From: a virus
Lineage: Duplodnaviria > Caudoviricetes
Virus record (IMG/VR): IMGVR_UViG_3300005611_000110
Span: 1 to 33,928 of that record
Length of the DNA: 33,928 nucleotides
Direction: 5' to 3' (one strand)
This document shows, one piece after another, positions 9,139-19,109 of this stretch (positions are counted from its first letter, which is position 1; each line of letters starts with the position of its first letter). A model generated the notes under the pieces. That model had not been told where the DNA came from, ran no database searches, and saw only the letters and a list, made by a program, of their open reading frames with translations. Position numbers and translations under genes: made by a program.

Positions 9139-12100
9139 CGCACGCATCCTTCGAGTCGATCAAGCATTACCTGATCCTGGTCAATTTCTTCTTTCATCTG
9201 GCGCAATGTCATTGTCTGTGATACTACCTCACCGTTCTCATCAATTTGTAAATCAAACGGTATTTCGTCGTCCAAATTGATGTCAGGGATCAAATCGTCT
9301 ACACTGTCCTCTGGAGGATTTATGGCAGAAACATTTGCTTTGGTTGAACCAGGTACGTCTAGGGCTTGGCTTTTCCTCGATAACGGCACGTCAGTGCTTC
9401 GCACATTAGACGGTACTTGGGTCTCTAGACCTCGTACTGCAGACGATGTCATTTCCGCTGAAGACTTAATTGACTTCGAGGCCGCCTCTGATATGGCTCT
9501 TTCTGCGTTGGTCCAGGAAGCCTCTGCTGCTTCTCTTGAAACCCCCAGTCGATCTAGCGACGCCTGAAACGCGTCGTCATATCCTTCGTAACTTTCTCGA
9601 ATTGCAGCCTGGTAATCATCCCATTGCTCTGCAATCTCGTCGTCTGTCTTGTTGCGCCACTCTTCAAAAATCGCGTGTCCGCGTCCTTTCTTTTGCGCCT
9701 CGAGCTCTTTGATCGGTAGATACCATTCGACTAGCTGCCCATTCGGCATGCGCAAATCAAACGCAATAATTCTCCAGCCCCATTCTTTTGGCTTAAATAG
9801 TTTTTGCGTGTCGATCTTGACCAGGCTAATTCCTTCCGCTAGCAGCTCATCAAAGATTGCTGGTACGTCGCGGAAGTCTTCGATCACTGTCTTGAATCGG
9901 TAGCTGTCTCGAATATGCGAAACTTTGTGCCAGGGCTTCTTCTTAATAATCGATGGCCGGTTAGCCTTTTGGATAACTTTAGCCAGGTCTTTGATATTGT
10001 CGCCTGACTCTGTGCCAAACTTCGAGTCGATGCGATCGATCAAACCTTTAATGATTGGCACGTTTTCTTGTGTTAGCGCCTGGACCTGAGCTCTGATCTG
10101 ATCGTTTGGCAGCGTGTCATCGATCGGCATGCGGATCTCTTCGAGCGGCGCATTGTCTTCTTCAACTGGTGACCGCAGCGCAGGATCTGCCTCGACTTCA
10201 TCGAGACCGCCGAGCATATCTTCGGTTAGCTGATCTGCCTGTCTGGCTGCAGCTGTTCCGCTGGCGTCATCGAATCCTTCGAGCTCTGGCTCTGCTTGAT
10301 CCGGGCGGACGCTGCTTTGCGTTGGATCATGGCTAGGGCGTCCAACATCGCCAGCTCCAATCCTTTGGAAATCGCCTGATTCAATTGCGTCTCGGACAGC
10401 GTCGACGAATCCGCGAGTAGGTTCTGTATAGCTGCCGGTCTCTCTTGCTTGCCTGGCTGCTGCCGTGAGCGCATCTGAGAGGGGGCCGACTTTGTTTGCG
10501 AGCGCTTGGAGGAGCGCGAGGGCTTGGGCGTCATTTTCTGCTCTCCTTTGGTTGGCATTTTTTGCCAGGATATTACCTTCTGCTGCGAGCCGGTCTGCAT
10601 TGTTTACCAGCGACCCAAACGCGTTTTTGTCCTGGCGTAATGCTTTTTGAGTACGGTCCAGGATTCTTGCGCGCTCAGTAAAATACGACTCAGTGATAAC
10701 TTCTTCACCAAACAATCCAACCTGTTCACGCTGCTCGAATCCTGCTTCACGCACCTGGCGCACAATTGCTTCGGCCTGAAACTCGTTAGCCGGATCTGAT
10801 TTTGCCAGGATATCAATTGCATTTTGCTGCAGCCCTGGATTATCAGGAATGAGCCGTCCGACTACTGCGCCGTAATTTGCAGGGATCAACCCATTGATGA
10901 TGGCGCCAAACGCATCATCATCTAGCATTACCAGCTCTTGAGCCTGGCGAACTAATGCTGATCGAGGCGGTAGCTCCCCGGCTCGCTCTGGAGCAACTCG
11001 CAACACCTTTGCCGCATCGATCGCAGTACCTGTGCCTTCAGCAATGTTTTTCATCGCCGCAATCACGCGAGCCATTTCAGGCGTTATGCCGTCGACTTCT
11101 CTTAGCACATGACCATATAAACGAACATCTTGTGTTGGGTCTTGCGCCTGGATGCGCTTGGCTAGCCCGAGACGCTGATGTCCATCGGCAATAAACTTTT
11201 GACCATCTGCAAACTCGAATACAGTAATTTGACCCGCTTTGATTGGGTCCCACTGCGTGACGCCCTGCAGCCGATCCGATACGCCAAACTCATCGCCGCC
11301 GGCTTTGAATTGGAATGTCTCTGCATCGACCTGGATTTCTGCTGGATCAAATCGAAAGATCAGGCCGTCGATATTGTCCGCGTCGTAAACACTTGCTGGC
11401 GTTTTAACGTCAACTGGTGGTTCATCAGAAATAGCAGGCGCACGATTATTCTCAACAGCCAGTGCAGCTTGTTTAATGCGCTCCTGATGAGCATCCTCAT
11501 TAACTAATGGGTTAGCATCAGCAATGTCTGTTTGCGTGTCTCTGAGCTGCTCTGCAGCTCTGGTTGTGCCTCTTGGTGTAAATGCTCCGCTGTCGACTAA
11601 TGCTTCGTAACCTTTTCTAGCCTGGTCAGCTGTCAGATTAATTGTGTCTCCGCCGATCTTAAACACCAGGGGCGCACCTGCACCAAATACGCCACCGATC
11701 GCCACGTTTGTCGCAAAATCTTCCCAGGTGTATTTAAGGCCCAGGCTTTCGTACCAGTCTTTAACGCTGGTCTGGATGATTGCTTCTGTGCCTGCGCCGA
11801 TCGCTGCTTCTCGAAACATTACGCCAGTCAGGCTTGCAGCTAGTGAACCGCCTCGAGTTTGAGCCATCGAGTACAAAAGGACAGGATCGTCAACTGTACC
11901 AAACACTGCTCCGCCAAAACGCGCTGCGCCAGCCATGAAGCCAGGCGACTTGTCAGCTGTTTCCTCGTACTGGCGGCGCAAAGCAAGCGCTTCTATTTTC
12001 GCGTTTTCTAGCAGCCCTTCTGTCGTGATCCCGTACAGATCAGGGTACAGGTCTGGATTTTCGTTGATGTGCTTGATGATCTCATCAGCATCCTGCTGGT

Positions 12101-12383
12101 AAAACGATTCGACCATCGATGGCATAACGATGCCAGACAGCGCGTTTTCTAAATAAACGTCAGCAGGGTTTGGGAATGGAATACCGTCATTACGGGCATT
12201 GATCTCATCGATTAGCGGCTCCCACTGCTGCTGCAGCAAACGCCCCTTGCTCACCGATTGATCTCCGACATAAGCAGACTGCTGTGCAGCGTCAAAATTC
12301 TGCTGCAACGTTGGAACTGCAGACTGCTGCTTCTGGTCCGGGAGAACGTCTAACGGATCTTTTTTGCCGTAAAGAAAACTCAT
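9135..12383 (-). CDS. Polyvalent internal virion protein with ParB-like and RelA/SpoT-like domains, 1082 aa
   Basis: In the ejection cluster; Gly/Ala hydrophobic helices in the N-terminal third; FIADGHQR ParB/Srx motif; IKxxxKxxxK..IRDSYR..GWR..NGQLVEW..GHAIFEEWR RelA/SpoT-like pattern. Confidence 0.7.
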   Translation of the reverse strand: MSFLYGKKDPLDVLPDQKQQSAVPTLQQNFDAAQQSAYVGDQSVSKGRLLQQQWEPLIDEINARNDGIPFPNPADVYLENALSGIVMPSMVESFYQQDADEIIKHINENPDLYPDLYGITTEGLLENAKIEALALRRQYEETADKSPGFMAGAARFGGAVFGTVDDPVLLYSMAQTRGGSLAASLTGVMFREAAIGAGTEAIIQTSVKDWYESLGLKYTWEDFATNVAIGGVFGAGAPLVFKIGGDTINLTADQARKGYEALVDSGAFTPRGTTRAAEQLRDTQTDIADANPLVNEDAHQERIKQAALAVENNRAPAISDEPPVDVKTPASVYDADNIDGLIFRFDPAEIQVDAETFQFKAGGDEFGVSDRLQGVTQWDPIKAGQITVFEFADGQKFIADGHQRLGLAKRIQAQDPTQDVRLYGHVLREVDGITPEMARVIAAMKNIAEGTGTAIDAAKVLRVAPERAGELPPRSALVRQAQELVMLDDDAFGAIINGLIPANYGAVVGRLIPDNPGLQQNAIDILAKSDPANEFQAEAIVRQVREAGFEQREQVGLFGEEVITESYFTERARILDRTQKALRQDKNAFGSLVNNADRLAAEGNILAKNANQRRAENDAQALALLQALANKVGPLSDALTAAARQARETGSYTEPTRGFVDAVRDAIESGDFQRIGAGDVGRPSHDPTQSSVRPDQAEPELEGFDDASGTAAARQADQLTEDMLGGLDEVEADPALRSPVEEDNAPLEEIRMPIDDTLPNDQIRAQVQALTQENVPIIKGLIDRIDSKFGTESGDNIKDLAKVIQKANRPSIIKKKPWHKVSHIRDSYRFKTVIEDFRDVPAIFDELLAEGISLVKIDTQKLFKPKEWGWRIIAFDLRMPNGQLVEWYLPIKELEAQKKGRGHAIFEEWRNKTDDEIAEQWDDYQAAIRESYEGYDDAFQASLDRLGVSREAAEASWTNAERAISEAASKSIKSSAEMTSSAVRGLETQVPSNVRSTDVPLSRKSQALDVPGSTKANVSAINPPEDSVDDLIPDINLDDEIPFDLQIDENGEVVSQTMTLRQMKEEIDQDQVMLDRLEGCVR

Positions 12384-14530
12384 GGCTTGATCTCGAGGTA
12401 TCTCAATGCGTCGAGCTCAAGAATGTTGCCATTCTTGTCAGTCATTACCTTGAATTTTGGATCGCCTGGCTTGCCAAACACAACCCGATATACACCCATG
12501 TCTGTTGCCATTAGTGAATAATCACCAGACCAAGAGTCGTTTTCTTTGATTTGCTCCACCAGGTCTGCGTCCATCTCCAAGCCTGTCAGCTCATTAATTT
12601 TTTGCACATCCAAAGTTTCGAGCATGGTCTCGATATCTTCAGCATCAAGCTGAGGCGGAAGTAATACAGGCAACTCGCGAACAGTTTGAACGCCGCCGCG
12701 TCCTGTGCGGTTGTCATAGCCAAACGCCATTTGTATGGACGATTCCCACAGCGCCTCGTCGAACTCAGATAACCCTCGCTCGAACGCCATTGCCGTGTAG
12801 ATATTTTCTGCAACCTGGCGCCCGGCTTCAAATGCTTCGCCCTGGTAAGCCAGTGATACACCAAGTCTCTCTCTGAACAGGAGCTCTGTATTGGACTTTG
12901 TGAGCTCTGGGTTTGCTTCTAGGTCCTGGCCTTGCAGCGCATAACTGACAGCTTCTAGCTTGCCCATCGTGACCAGGCCGCCAACATGCGCAAGATCTGG
13001 CGCCTTCTTCGATACCTCTGCTAGCAAATCTGGAGTGTACCTCCCGAATTGCTCACTAATCACGCCCAGGAATCGTGCCTTCTGCAGCCGGTCCATGCCT
13101 TTCATTGATGCGACCAGGGCAGACGACTCTTCATCTGTTAAAAATCTAGGCTCAGTCGCATATGTCCTGGATACTTTCAGTGCGTCTTCTTTGCGCTTCT
13201 CGATCGACGGCTCAAGGTTTTCAGGATTTGTGAAGTCAATCGGTGTGAACTTTATTAAGCCAACTTCAGATGCGAACGATAGCGGATCTTCTTCGAGGCG
13301 GGTATTCATCCGGCGCAGCATGCCATCAGCTGTTTTCAATACCTCAGCTTCAAACAACGTGTCTACACCGTCTTCACCAAATCCAGGCATACCTGCGCGC
13401 ATTTCATTGATATTGCGCTGCAGCTCACCGGGATTCATGCCGCGAAACGCAAGTGTTGCCTCTCGCAGTAAAAGCAAGTTTTCGTATTCTTTTTGAGCGT
13501 CTTCGCCATAAGTTCCTGTTTGAGGAATCTGCGCGCCGATCTTGTACAAGTTTTCTAGCCCAGGGTCTCCGCCTTCAGTCAGGATTGTGCGCATGTCCTT
13601 GATCTCAGCCTCGATGTCACGCGCCGTGTTTTTTAGCAGTGACACCTCATTGCTTAGGTCTGATCTAAGTTTAGTGCGCAGCGTCCTGGTCGCTTCAACC
13701 CCAAGTTCTGCTGGTGGCTTTTCTTCGAGTTCATCTAAAAAACTTTGTTTAGCTTCTAAACCTTCCAGGTTTTGAAAGTCGTAAATGATGCCTTCAACAC
13801 GCGCTTGCTCCATTGTGTTGATTTGCATCTTGCTGATTGCGTCTTCAGGGAACTGAAGGTCGCGCATATAGTTTGCAAGAGACTCAATTTCAAGGCTAAC
13901 GATAGTGTCGCGATCAGGAGATTCTGACGCCGCAAGTGAATAAACATCTTGCTGCCGTTGTGATATGCCGAGTAGCGCTCGACCCTGGGCATCTTTAATT
14001 GCCTGCTTGTTGGTGTACGCGCCGTACTTACTCAACGCTGTTGCGCTAACGCCTTGCAGCCTAGTGCCAATAATTGCTGCGCTTTCTGGGTCCAGGTCAA
14101 TTAAGGCAGCGGGAAAGCCATCTTGGATATCATCAATACGCTGTGAGAACGTCTCGAAATCCATATTGGTTGTTTCTGCATCTGACAACAGTTTGTCGAT
14201 TTCAATGCGCGCTTCGGTCTCAACTTCTGCAGCTGCCACACGATTTGCGACTGCATAGGCTTCACGCTCGATGAGATCAGCTGGTCCGCCCTGTGCTGCA
14301 AGCTCTTGCAGTGTTGGCTGCGCACCTTTTGTGCGGACCATTTCTGCGCCCAGCTGCTTGGCTTCAATTTTATATTCTTGTTCTGCGCGCTGAAATGCAA
14401 AACTTGCTACACGGTCCAGGGCTTGAGATAACATTTGCTGTGTGCGAGCGCCTTCACGCAAACCGATCGGATCAATCCTTGGTTGATCTGCGATCTGTAA
14501 TCCTGCTCTTTGATACCGTTGAATCGCCAT
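12380..14530 (-). CDS. Internal virion (ejection) protein, 716 aa
   Basis: MAIQRYQR start, acidic helical composition, position equivalent to T7 gp15. Confidence 0.7.
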   Translation of the reverse strand: MAIQRYQRAGLQIADQPRIDPIGLREGARTQQMLSQALDRVASFAFQRAEQEYKIEAKQLGAEMVRTKGAQPTLQELAAQGGPADLIEREAYAVANRVAAAEVETEARIEIDKLLSDAETTNMDFETFSQRIDDIQDGFPAALIDLDPESAAIIGTRLQGVSATALSKYGAYTNKQAIKDAQGRALLGISQRQQDVYSLAASESPDRDTIVSLEIESLANYMRDLQFPEDAISKMQINTMEQARVEGIIYDFQNLEGLEAKQSFLDELEEKPPAELGVEATRTLRTKLRSDLSNEVSLLKNTARDIEAEIKDMRTILTEGGDPGLENLYKIGAQIPQTGTYGEDAQKEYENLLLLREATLAFRGMNPGELQRNINEMRAGMPGFGEDGVDTLFEAEVLKTADGMLRRMNTRLEEDPLSFASEVGLIKFTPIDFTNPENLEPSIEKRKEDALKVSRTYATEPRFLTDEESSALVASMKGMDRLQKARFLGVISEQFGRYTPDLLAEVSKKAPDLAHVGGLVTMGKLEAVSYALQGQDLEANPELTKSNTELLFRERLGVSLAYQGEAFEAGRQVAENIYTAMAFERGLSEFDEALWESSIQMAFGYDNRTGRGGVQTVRELPVLLPPQLDAEDIETMLETLDVQKINELTGLEMDADLVEQIKENDSWSGDYSLMATDMGVYRVVFGKPGDPKFKVMTDKNGNILELDALRYLEIKP

Positions 14531-14542
14531 TACTATCCCTTA

Positions 14543-15007
14543 CTAAATCTTTAGCGCTGACCAGCCGCCGGCTTGCTGGATGCCAAAAGCAGCAGTGCCA
14601 AAGCTACTTACCGCGCCAATATATCCCTGGCGTCGCGCCTGGCTTGCTGCGGCCTGGTATTGATACGCTTGTTGCTCGCCGCCAATTTCGGCCAAGGCAG
14701 CGTTTTCCTGGGCGATCTGATATTCCTGCGTACCTTGCTTTAATGCAAAACGCTGAAATGAAGCTGGAGTACCAGCAAAAGGATCTAGTCCAGCACCAGC
14801 TGCTCGAGCTCGAGTAGCAGATACGTTCTCTCGAATACGCCGCAGCACAGCGACACCTTGTTGGCGATATTGAATGGCCTGCTGCCGGCCTTGAATTTCA
14901 GCCTGCTTTGCTTGCGCCTGGTAAGCCTTTGCTTGGGCTTTACCTGCTTGGATCTGCGCAACTGCGCTGACTCCTGATGCGATCGCTCCAATTACTGCAA
15001 AACTCAT
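14543..15007 (-). CDS. Small internal virion protein (T7 gp14-like), 154 aa
   Basis: Hydrophobic Ala/Gly termini, Gln/Ala-rich coil, ARAAGAGLD motif; directly after the nozzle gene. Confidence 0.75.
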   Translation of the reverse strand: MSFAVIGAIASGVSAVAQIQAGKAQAKAYQAQAKQAEIQGRQQAIQYRQQGVAVLRRIRENVSATRARAAGAGLDPFAGTPASFQRFALKQGTQEYQIAQENAALAEIGGEQQAYQYQAAASQARRQGYIGAVSSFGTAAFGIQQAGGWSALKI

Positions 15008-15008
15008 A

Positions 15009-17204
15009 TCATTGCCCTACCGATACTTTGTAATCCAGCGCCAGCACATTCATCTGTAACGGCACTGTCTGTGTAATTGTAATCTTACCTTCATTTGAGA
15101 ATCCGAGTAGTGGCCCAGATTTCTTAATTCCAGTAAACGGCTGAACTGCAATATCAAGCACGTCCTCCCCAAACTGACGAAACGCAACTTGTTCGCCATT
15201 GACTGTAACGGCCTGAGACTCAAAATGCTCACTGTTGACTTCCAGGATGCGCTTCTTAAATCCGCGAATATTTCCTGACGCAAGACGTGGTTCTGCTGGC
15301 AGCGTTACGACTAATGGCGTGTAATCCAATCCGATCTGATAGCTAGTCGTGGCAGGCGTGGCAAATGTGATGCTATTCAGTAGAACACTTTGGTCAGCCT
15401 CAACCACGCCATCTCGGATTACCTTAACTGTCTCGAACCGCAAATACTCTAGACCAGTGATTGTGGTCCCTGATGTTCCTTTTGTTGCGCAGTCGAGCGT
15501 CAGCTCGTCGTCAAAGATCTCAACATAGTATTTAGGCCCGCCATCAATGGTTCGCTTGACAACAACATAGGTGTCAGAGATGTCGACTCCAACGGCCTGG
15601 AACTCGCCGTCAGTCGTCCATTCTGTTGGCGCAATAACTTCCTGAGAGCGCAGCAGCGTGTAACAAGCAATTGACCCATCATCATCGTTGACGATCAAAA
15701 GCCGGTCGCCTTCGTCTGTTGATGTGGCTTTTCGCACAGCCATATCTGTTGGCGATTTCAAAAGGTGCGACGACAACAAAGAGATTTTAGTTGCGATATA
15801 GCCATTAACTGTGTCGCTAAAAACAAACTCTGCCAAAGCCTTGCCCTGGCGCTGCACAAATACTGTTGCTCCATCGACGTTGACTACTCTGATACCAGGG
15901 CGCACGCCGTTTGATGTTTGCTCTTGAACTGCAAGCGTCGCGGGTGTAATTGGGTCACCTAGTGTCTGAGGAATATAGAACTCAGCTCCTGTCGTAAATA
16001 TTTGCAAGTTGCGACCAGCATACATATCAACGACTGCGTTGAATCTGCCGGTGTCCAGGGTCGCCTCGAGAGCAGCATCATCGAATGATTCGCCTGGATC
16101 AAAATTGAAAAACTGCCCTACGCGGCTGCCCCAGATAGTCGACGGTCTTGACGACGCGCCGCCAAAGTACAACCGCCCTTCATAAAAAACAGCTGCTCGA
16201 GGCCATCCTCTAGTGACAGACCAGGTGTCTTCGTAACCTGATTCTACCTCCCAGTTACCCTCATCAATCTGACTGTCATCGAACAAAGGCACTTCAGAAA
16301 TAGCTTTGATAGACGTTGCGCTAACATATTCGACAACACGCACACGCCCTTGTGGCGTGATATTGATGTATTGGTTTAGCAAACTTTCGCTGAATGACTG
16401 TATTGAATAAGTGCTTGTTGCGTCTGGCTGCGTGTCCCAAGCCGAATCTACCGTTGCGATTTTAGTCGATCCGACATAATCAGTAATTAATCGAGTCTGA
16501 CCAGATCCGGTGCCGCCTGTGATTAAAATGTACAGGTTATTGTACTCATCATCAGTAGCAGAAGCGCCCGCTGCCAGGGTAATGGTAGATGCTGCTCCAG
16601 CCTGAGCTGTTCCTGTGACTGCAGTGTAATCAGATGTAAACGTGATATTGCCGTCTGGCGCGTCAGGCGTGATATTACCTTTTCCGTTAAATGCAGTCAG
16701 CGTGTATGCAAACTTGGGTATAAAGTCAAACGCTAGGTCAGAAATCGTCCAGGACGCATCAGTCGCGCCGCGCAATATGCGCTGAGGAATCATTGTTTCC
16801 TGGCAAATAATTAAAGTATCAGCTGACTGAGCCCAGCACATAGTTGGGATAACGGACGATGTGATTTTGGGGACGTCTAGGTAGTCGTCGCCAGAGCCGT
16901 TAATGTCTGTAATCAGCACGCCGTCTTTGAAGACATACATACGCTCATCGACAAAAATTAACATATAACTGTCGTTGATCGAGAACTCAAAGTGTACAAA
17001 ACGCACACCATTCGCTGCAGACGCCGGCAATTCAGTTAGAAATTTAGTGCCGTCGCGGCGAACAAATCCGCCTTGTGGCTGCACGACAACATTCTGTGCT
17101 GTCTCCATGCCGTTGTAATATTGCTGCAGATCGATACGAGCGCGCAGCTTTGGATCAAGCTCGCCCGACGTGAAGTTTGTTTGAACCTGGATAACCCGAC
17201 TCAT
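15009..17204 (-). CDS. Tail tubular protein B (nozzle), 731 aa
   Basis: QTNFTSGELDP...NVVVQPQGGFVRRDGT...GWPRAAVFYEGRLYFGG...IWGSRVG motifs. Confidence 0.9.
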   Translation of the reverse strand: MSRVIQVQTNFTSGELDPKLRARIDLQQYYNGMETAQNVVVQPQGGFVRRDGTKFLTELPASAANGVRFVHFEFSINDSYMLIFVDERMYVFKDGVLITDINGSGDDYLDVPKITSSVIPTMCWAQSADTLIICQETMIPQRILRGATDASWTISDLAFDFIPKFAYTLTAFNGKGNITPDAPDGNITFTSDYTAVTGTAQAGAASTITLAAGASATDDEYNNLYILITGGTGSGQTRLITDYVGSTKIATVDSAWDTQPDATSTYSIQSFSESLLNQYINITPQGRVRVVEYVSATSIKAISEVPLFDDSQIDEGNWEVESGYEDTWSVTRGWPRAAVFYEGRLYFGGASSRPSTIWGSRVGQFFNFDPGESFDDAALEATLDTGRFNAVVDMYAGRNLQIFTTGAEFYIPQTLGDPITPATLAVQEQTSNGVRPGIRVVNVDGATVFVQRQGKALAEFVFSDTVNGYIATKISLLSSHLLKSPTDMAVRKATSTDEGDRLLIVNDDDGSIACYTLLRSQEVIAPTEWTTDGEFQAVGVDISDTYVVVKRTIDGGPKYYVEIFDDELTLDCATKGTSGTTITGLEYLRFETVKVIRDGVVEADQSVLLNSITFATPATTSYQIGLDYTPLVVTLPAEPRLASGNIRGFKKRILEVNSEHFESQAVTVNGEQVAFRQFGEDVLDIAVQPFTGIKKSGPLLGFSNEGKITITQTVPLQMNVLALDYKVSVGQ

Positions 17205-17821
17205 CAGGACCTCACGGCTATCAGCGTGTAATCCTCGATCGATTCGATCGAGTTTGTTGACCCGTCGATAGTAGTTGCTACTCGGAAGTATCCGCCACGG
17301 CGGTTCTCGTCTGGAGATCCGAACGCTTTGCGTTCAAAATATTCTGCCTTTGTGAGCTGGTCTGTGACTGTCTCGGCAATATCTGCTGCCATTGCATACT
17401 TCAACAGCTGCACAAAATAGGTTGGCAGCGCAGATTCGTTTGGCGAAAACTGATAATCAACAACGATAGCTTCTTCGCTCGTATCGAGCGCGTCACCCTG
17501 GATTTCCCATCCATACTGGATCGGCATTACTCCAGTTTGAGTTGATCTATAAACGGCGCGTACCCCGGCAATGCGATCGCCAGGCAAACCATATTGATAT
17601 TTCCATTCATTAACAGGCGTTGATGTTAGCCTGGCTAATTGAACTTTTTTGAAAGACCACGACCAAGGGTAGGCCGCGATCAGGGAATCCTTGAGATCAT
17701 CATAAAGACGGTCACAGATCTGTGCTGAGTCTGTACCTTCCGAAAACGACGAAAGAGGCGATGCCCCCAAAAGAATTAGTGCGTCCGAACAGATGGACAG
17801 TTTGGTATCACCTGATGCCAT
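17204..17821 (-). CDS. Tail tubular protein A (adaptor/gatekeeper), 205 aa
   Basis: SICSDALILLGASPLSSF...YPWSWS...EWKYQYGLP pattern; lies between capsid and nozzle genes. Confidence 0.85.
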   Translation of the reverse strand: MASGDTKLSICSDALILLGASPLSSFSEGTDSAQICDRLYDDLKDSLIAAYPWSWSFKKVQLARLTSTPVNEWKYQYGLPGDRIAGVRAVYRSTQTGVMPIQYGWEIQGDALDTSEEAIVVDYQFSPNESALPTYFVQLLKYAMAADIAETVTDQLTKAEYFERKAFGSPDENRRGGYFRVATTIDGSTNSIESIEDYTLIAVRS

Positions 17822-17835
17822 TTGCCTCTCCTATG

Positions 17836-17857
17836 AAACGGCCCCCTTGCGGGGGCC
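17836..17857 (-). terminator. Intrinsic terminator-like hairpin after the capsid genes
   Basis: Minus strand GGCCCCC-GCAA-GGGGGCC (7-bp stem, GNRA loop) followed by GTTT (short U-tail). Confidence 0.65.
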
Positions 17858-17864
17858 ATCCATC

Positions 17865-18143
17865 TTAGGTGTCAGTAACAGTTAATGCAGTTGCATTACC
17901 TGTATCAACCACAGTGCCTGTGTTTGATAGTACAACCAAGAAGCTAGCTGTTGGGACGCTTGAGTCCCAGACATAGACCACGTCGCCGACTTTCAAGATG
18001 TCAGCTACTTCATTGAAGTAACCTTCGTCGTCGATGTCTGCGATCGCGTCAGCAGTAGGAGCCACATATGAAAACATTTGTGGAGCGTTACCTGCTTTTG
18101 CTTGTCCGCCGATTGGCTGGAAACTTGCCTTATCAAAAGCCAT
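17865..18143 (-). CDS. Capsid decoration/cement-like protein, 92 aa
   Basis: Directly after the MCP with AGGAGG SD; GYFNEVADILKVGDVVYV motif. Confidence 0.6.
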   Translation of the reverse strand: MAFDKASFQPIGGQAKAGNAPQMFSYVAPTADAIADIDDEGYFNEVADILKVGDVVYVWDSSVPTASFLVVLSNTGTVVDTGNATALTVTDT

Positions 18144-18156
18144 TATCTAATCCTCC

Positions 18157-18999
18157 TTATGATTCACGGCAAGTGATCTTGACGATACCTTCGTCATCGA
18201 TCGCTACCGCACCAGCTGAGAACATTGACGCAACCAGGAAGGAAGTCTTCTCTGGGATGTAGTCAACGCGTGAAGTCTGGTTCATGCCGATACCAAGACC
18301 TACGGCGTCGCGATGGAACGCGTACAAAGTACGATCGCTTGATCCATCAACCGGCAAGCCGCCTTCGTCACGATCACCGAAAGTGATGAAACGGAAGCCC
18401 ATGAAGGTATTGATTTCGCCAGTAACCAGGGCGCGCACTGTGTTGAAGTCTGAAGATGTAACTTCAGTTTCACCTAACAATGCTTGCAAGCTGTTCGCGT
18501 GAAGCAAAATTGTGCGGCCTTCCATTGGTACGTTGTTTGTGTCGAGCAGGTTCTTGGTCTCACGCAACTTAGTCACGTTGAGGTTAGAGTCTGTTCCACC
18601 AATGTCGTTAGAAACAGTCGCAGTTGTTCCTGACGCGTCTAATGCGTCCAACACGATCTGATCCATGCGACGTGCAATCGCACCAGATACAACCTGAACG
18701 AGCTCTTGACGATCGTTAAAGTTGACTTTCTGCTGGTTGAAAATGTCTGAGTATTCCGCAGCAATGTAGTCTTCCATTGTCGCAGTGACCTGAGAGTAGG
18801 ACACGTTGAGTGGAGTCACATCTGTCTGTGGAACGCGGATAGTTGCTGATCCCTTACCAATCTTAGGGAACTTAACTGTAGAACCTTCGACCCCTGAGCG
18901 CTCGCGGGTAACACCGGCCAGGAGACGTTGTCCCTGGTATGCCTGTTTTACCTCTGCGTCAAAGAGGGTAACAAAGGCATTTGAAATTTGTACTGCCAT
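18157..18999 (-). CDS. Major capsid protein, 280 aa
   Basis: FVTLFDAEVKQAYQG...GSTVKFPKIG...AIARRMDQIVL...SSDFN..ALVTGEINTFMGFRF...GAVAIDDEGIV; follows the scaffold. Confidence 0.92.
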   Translation of the reverse strand: MAVQISNAFVTLFDAEVKQAYQGQRLLAGVTRERSGVEGSTVKFPKIGKGSATIRVPQTDVTPLNVSYSQVTATMEDYIAAEYSDIFNQQKVNFNDRQELVQVVSGAIARRMDQIVLDALDASGTTATVSNDIGGTDSNLNVTKLRETKNLLDTNNVPMEGRTILLHANSLQALLGETEVTSSDFNTVRALVTGEINTFMGFRFITFGDRDEGGLPVDGSSDRTLYAFHRDAVGLGIGMNQTSRVDYIPEKTSFLVASMFSAGAVAIDDEGIVKITCRES

Positions 19000-19035
19000 T
19001 GTACTTTCTCCAAAACAAATTTTTTAAGGGTAAAA

Positions 19036-19101
19036 CCTGTGTCGGTTATCCAGTGAGGGCCGCATTAATCAGGTCGCCGGCTCAGGAATCTGAGTTGTCG
19101 G
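19036..19101 (-). promoter_or_regulatory. Structured 5' leader of the capsid gene (two hairpins with C/AYAA internal loops)
   Basis: Minus: CCG-ACAA-CTCAG-ATTC-CTGAG-C-CGG and CGG-C-CC-TCACT-GG-ATAA-CCG, the latter enclosed by CCTG/CAGG. Confidence 0.55.
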
Positions 19102-19109
19102 TTAGCAGG

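Noticed and set aside
9255-9275. Internal DDEIPF in the 1082-aa protein as an SSB-tip mimic
   Set aside because: SSB-tip binding needs a terminal Phe carboxylate; this copy is ~40 aa from the C-terminus.
18144-18175. T7 10A/10B-type capsid frameshift
   Set aside because: No slippery sequence near the MCP stop; the next gene has its own strong SD.
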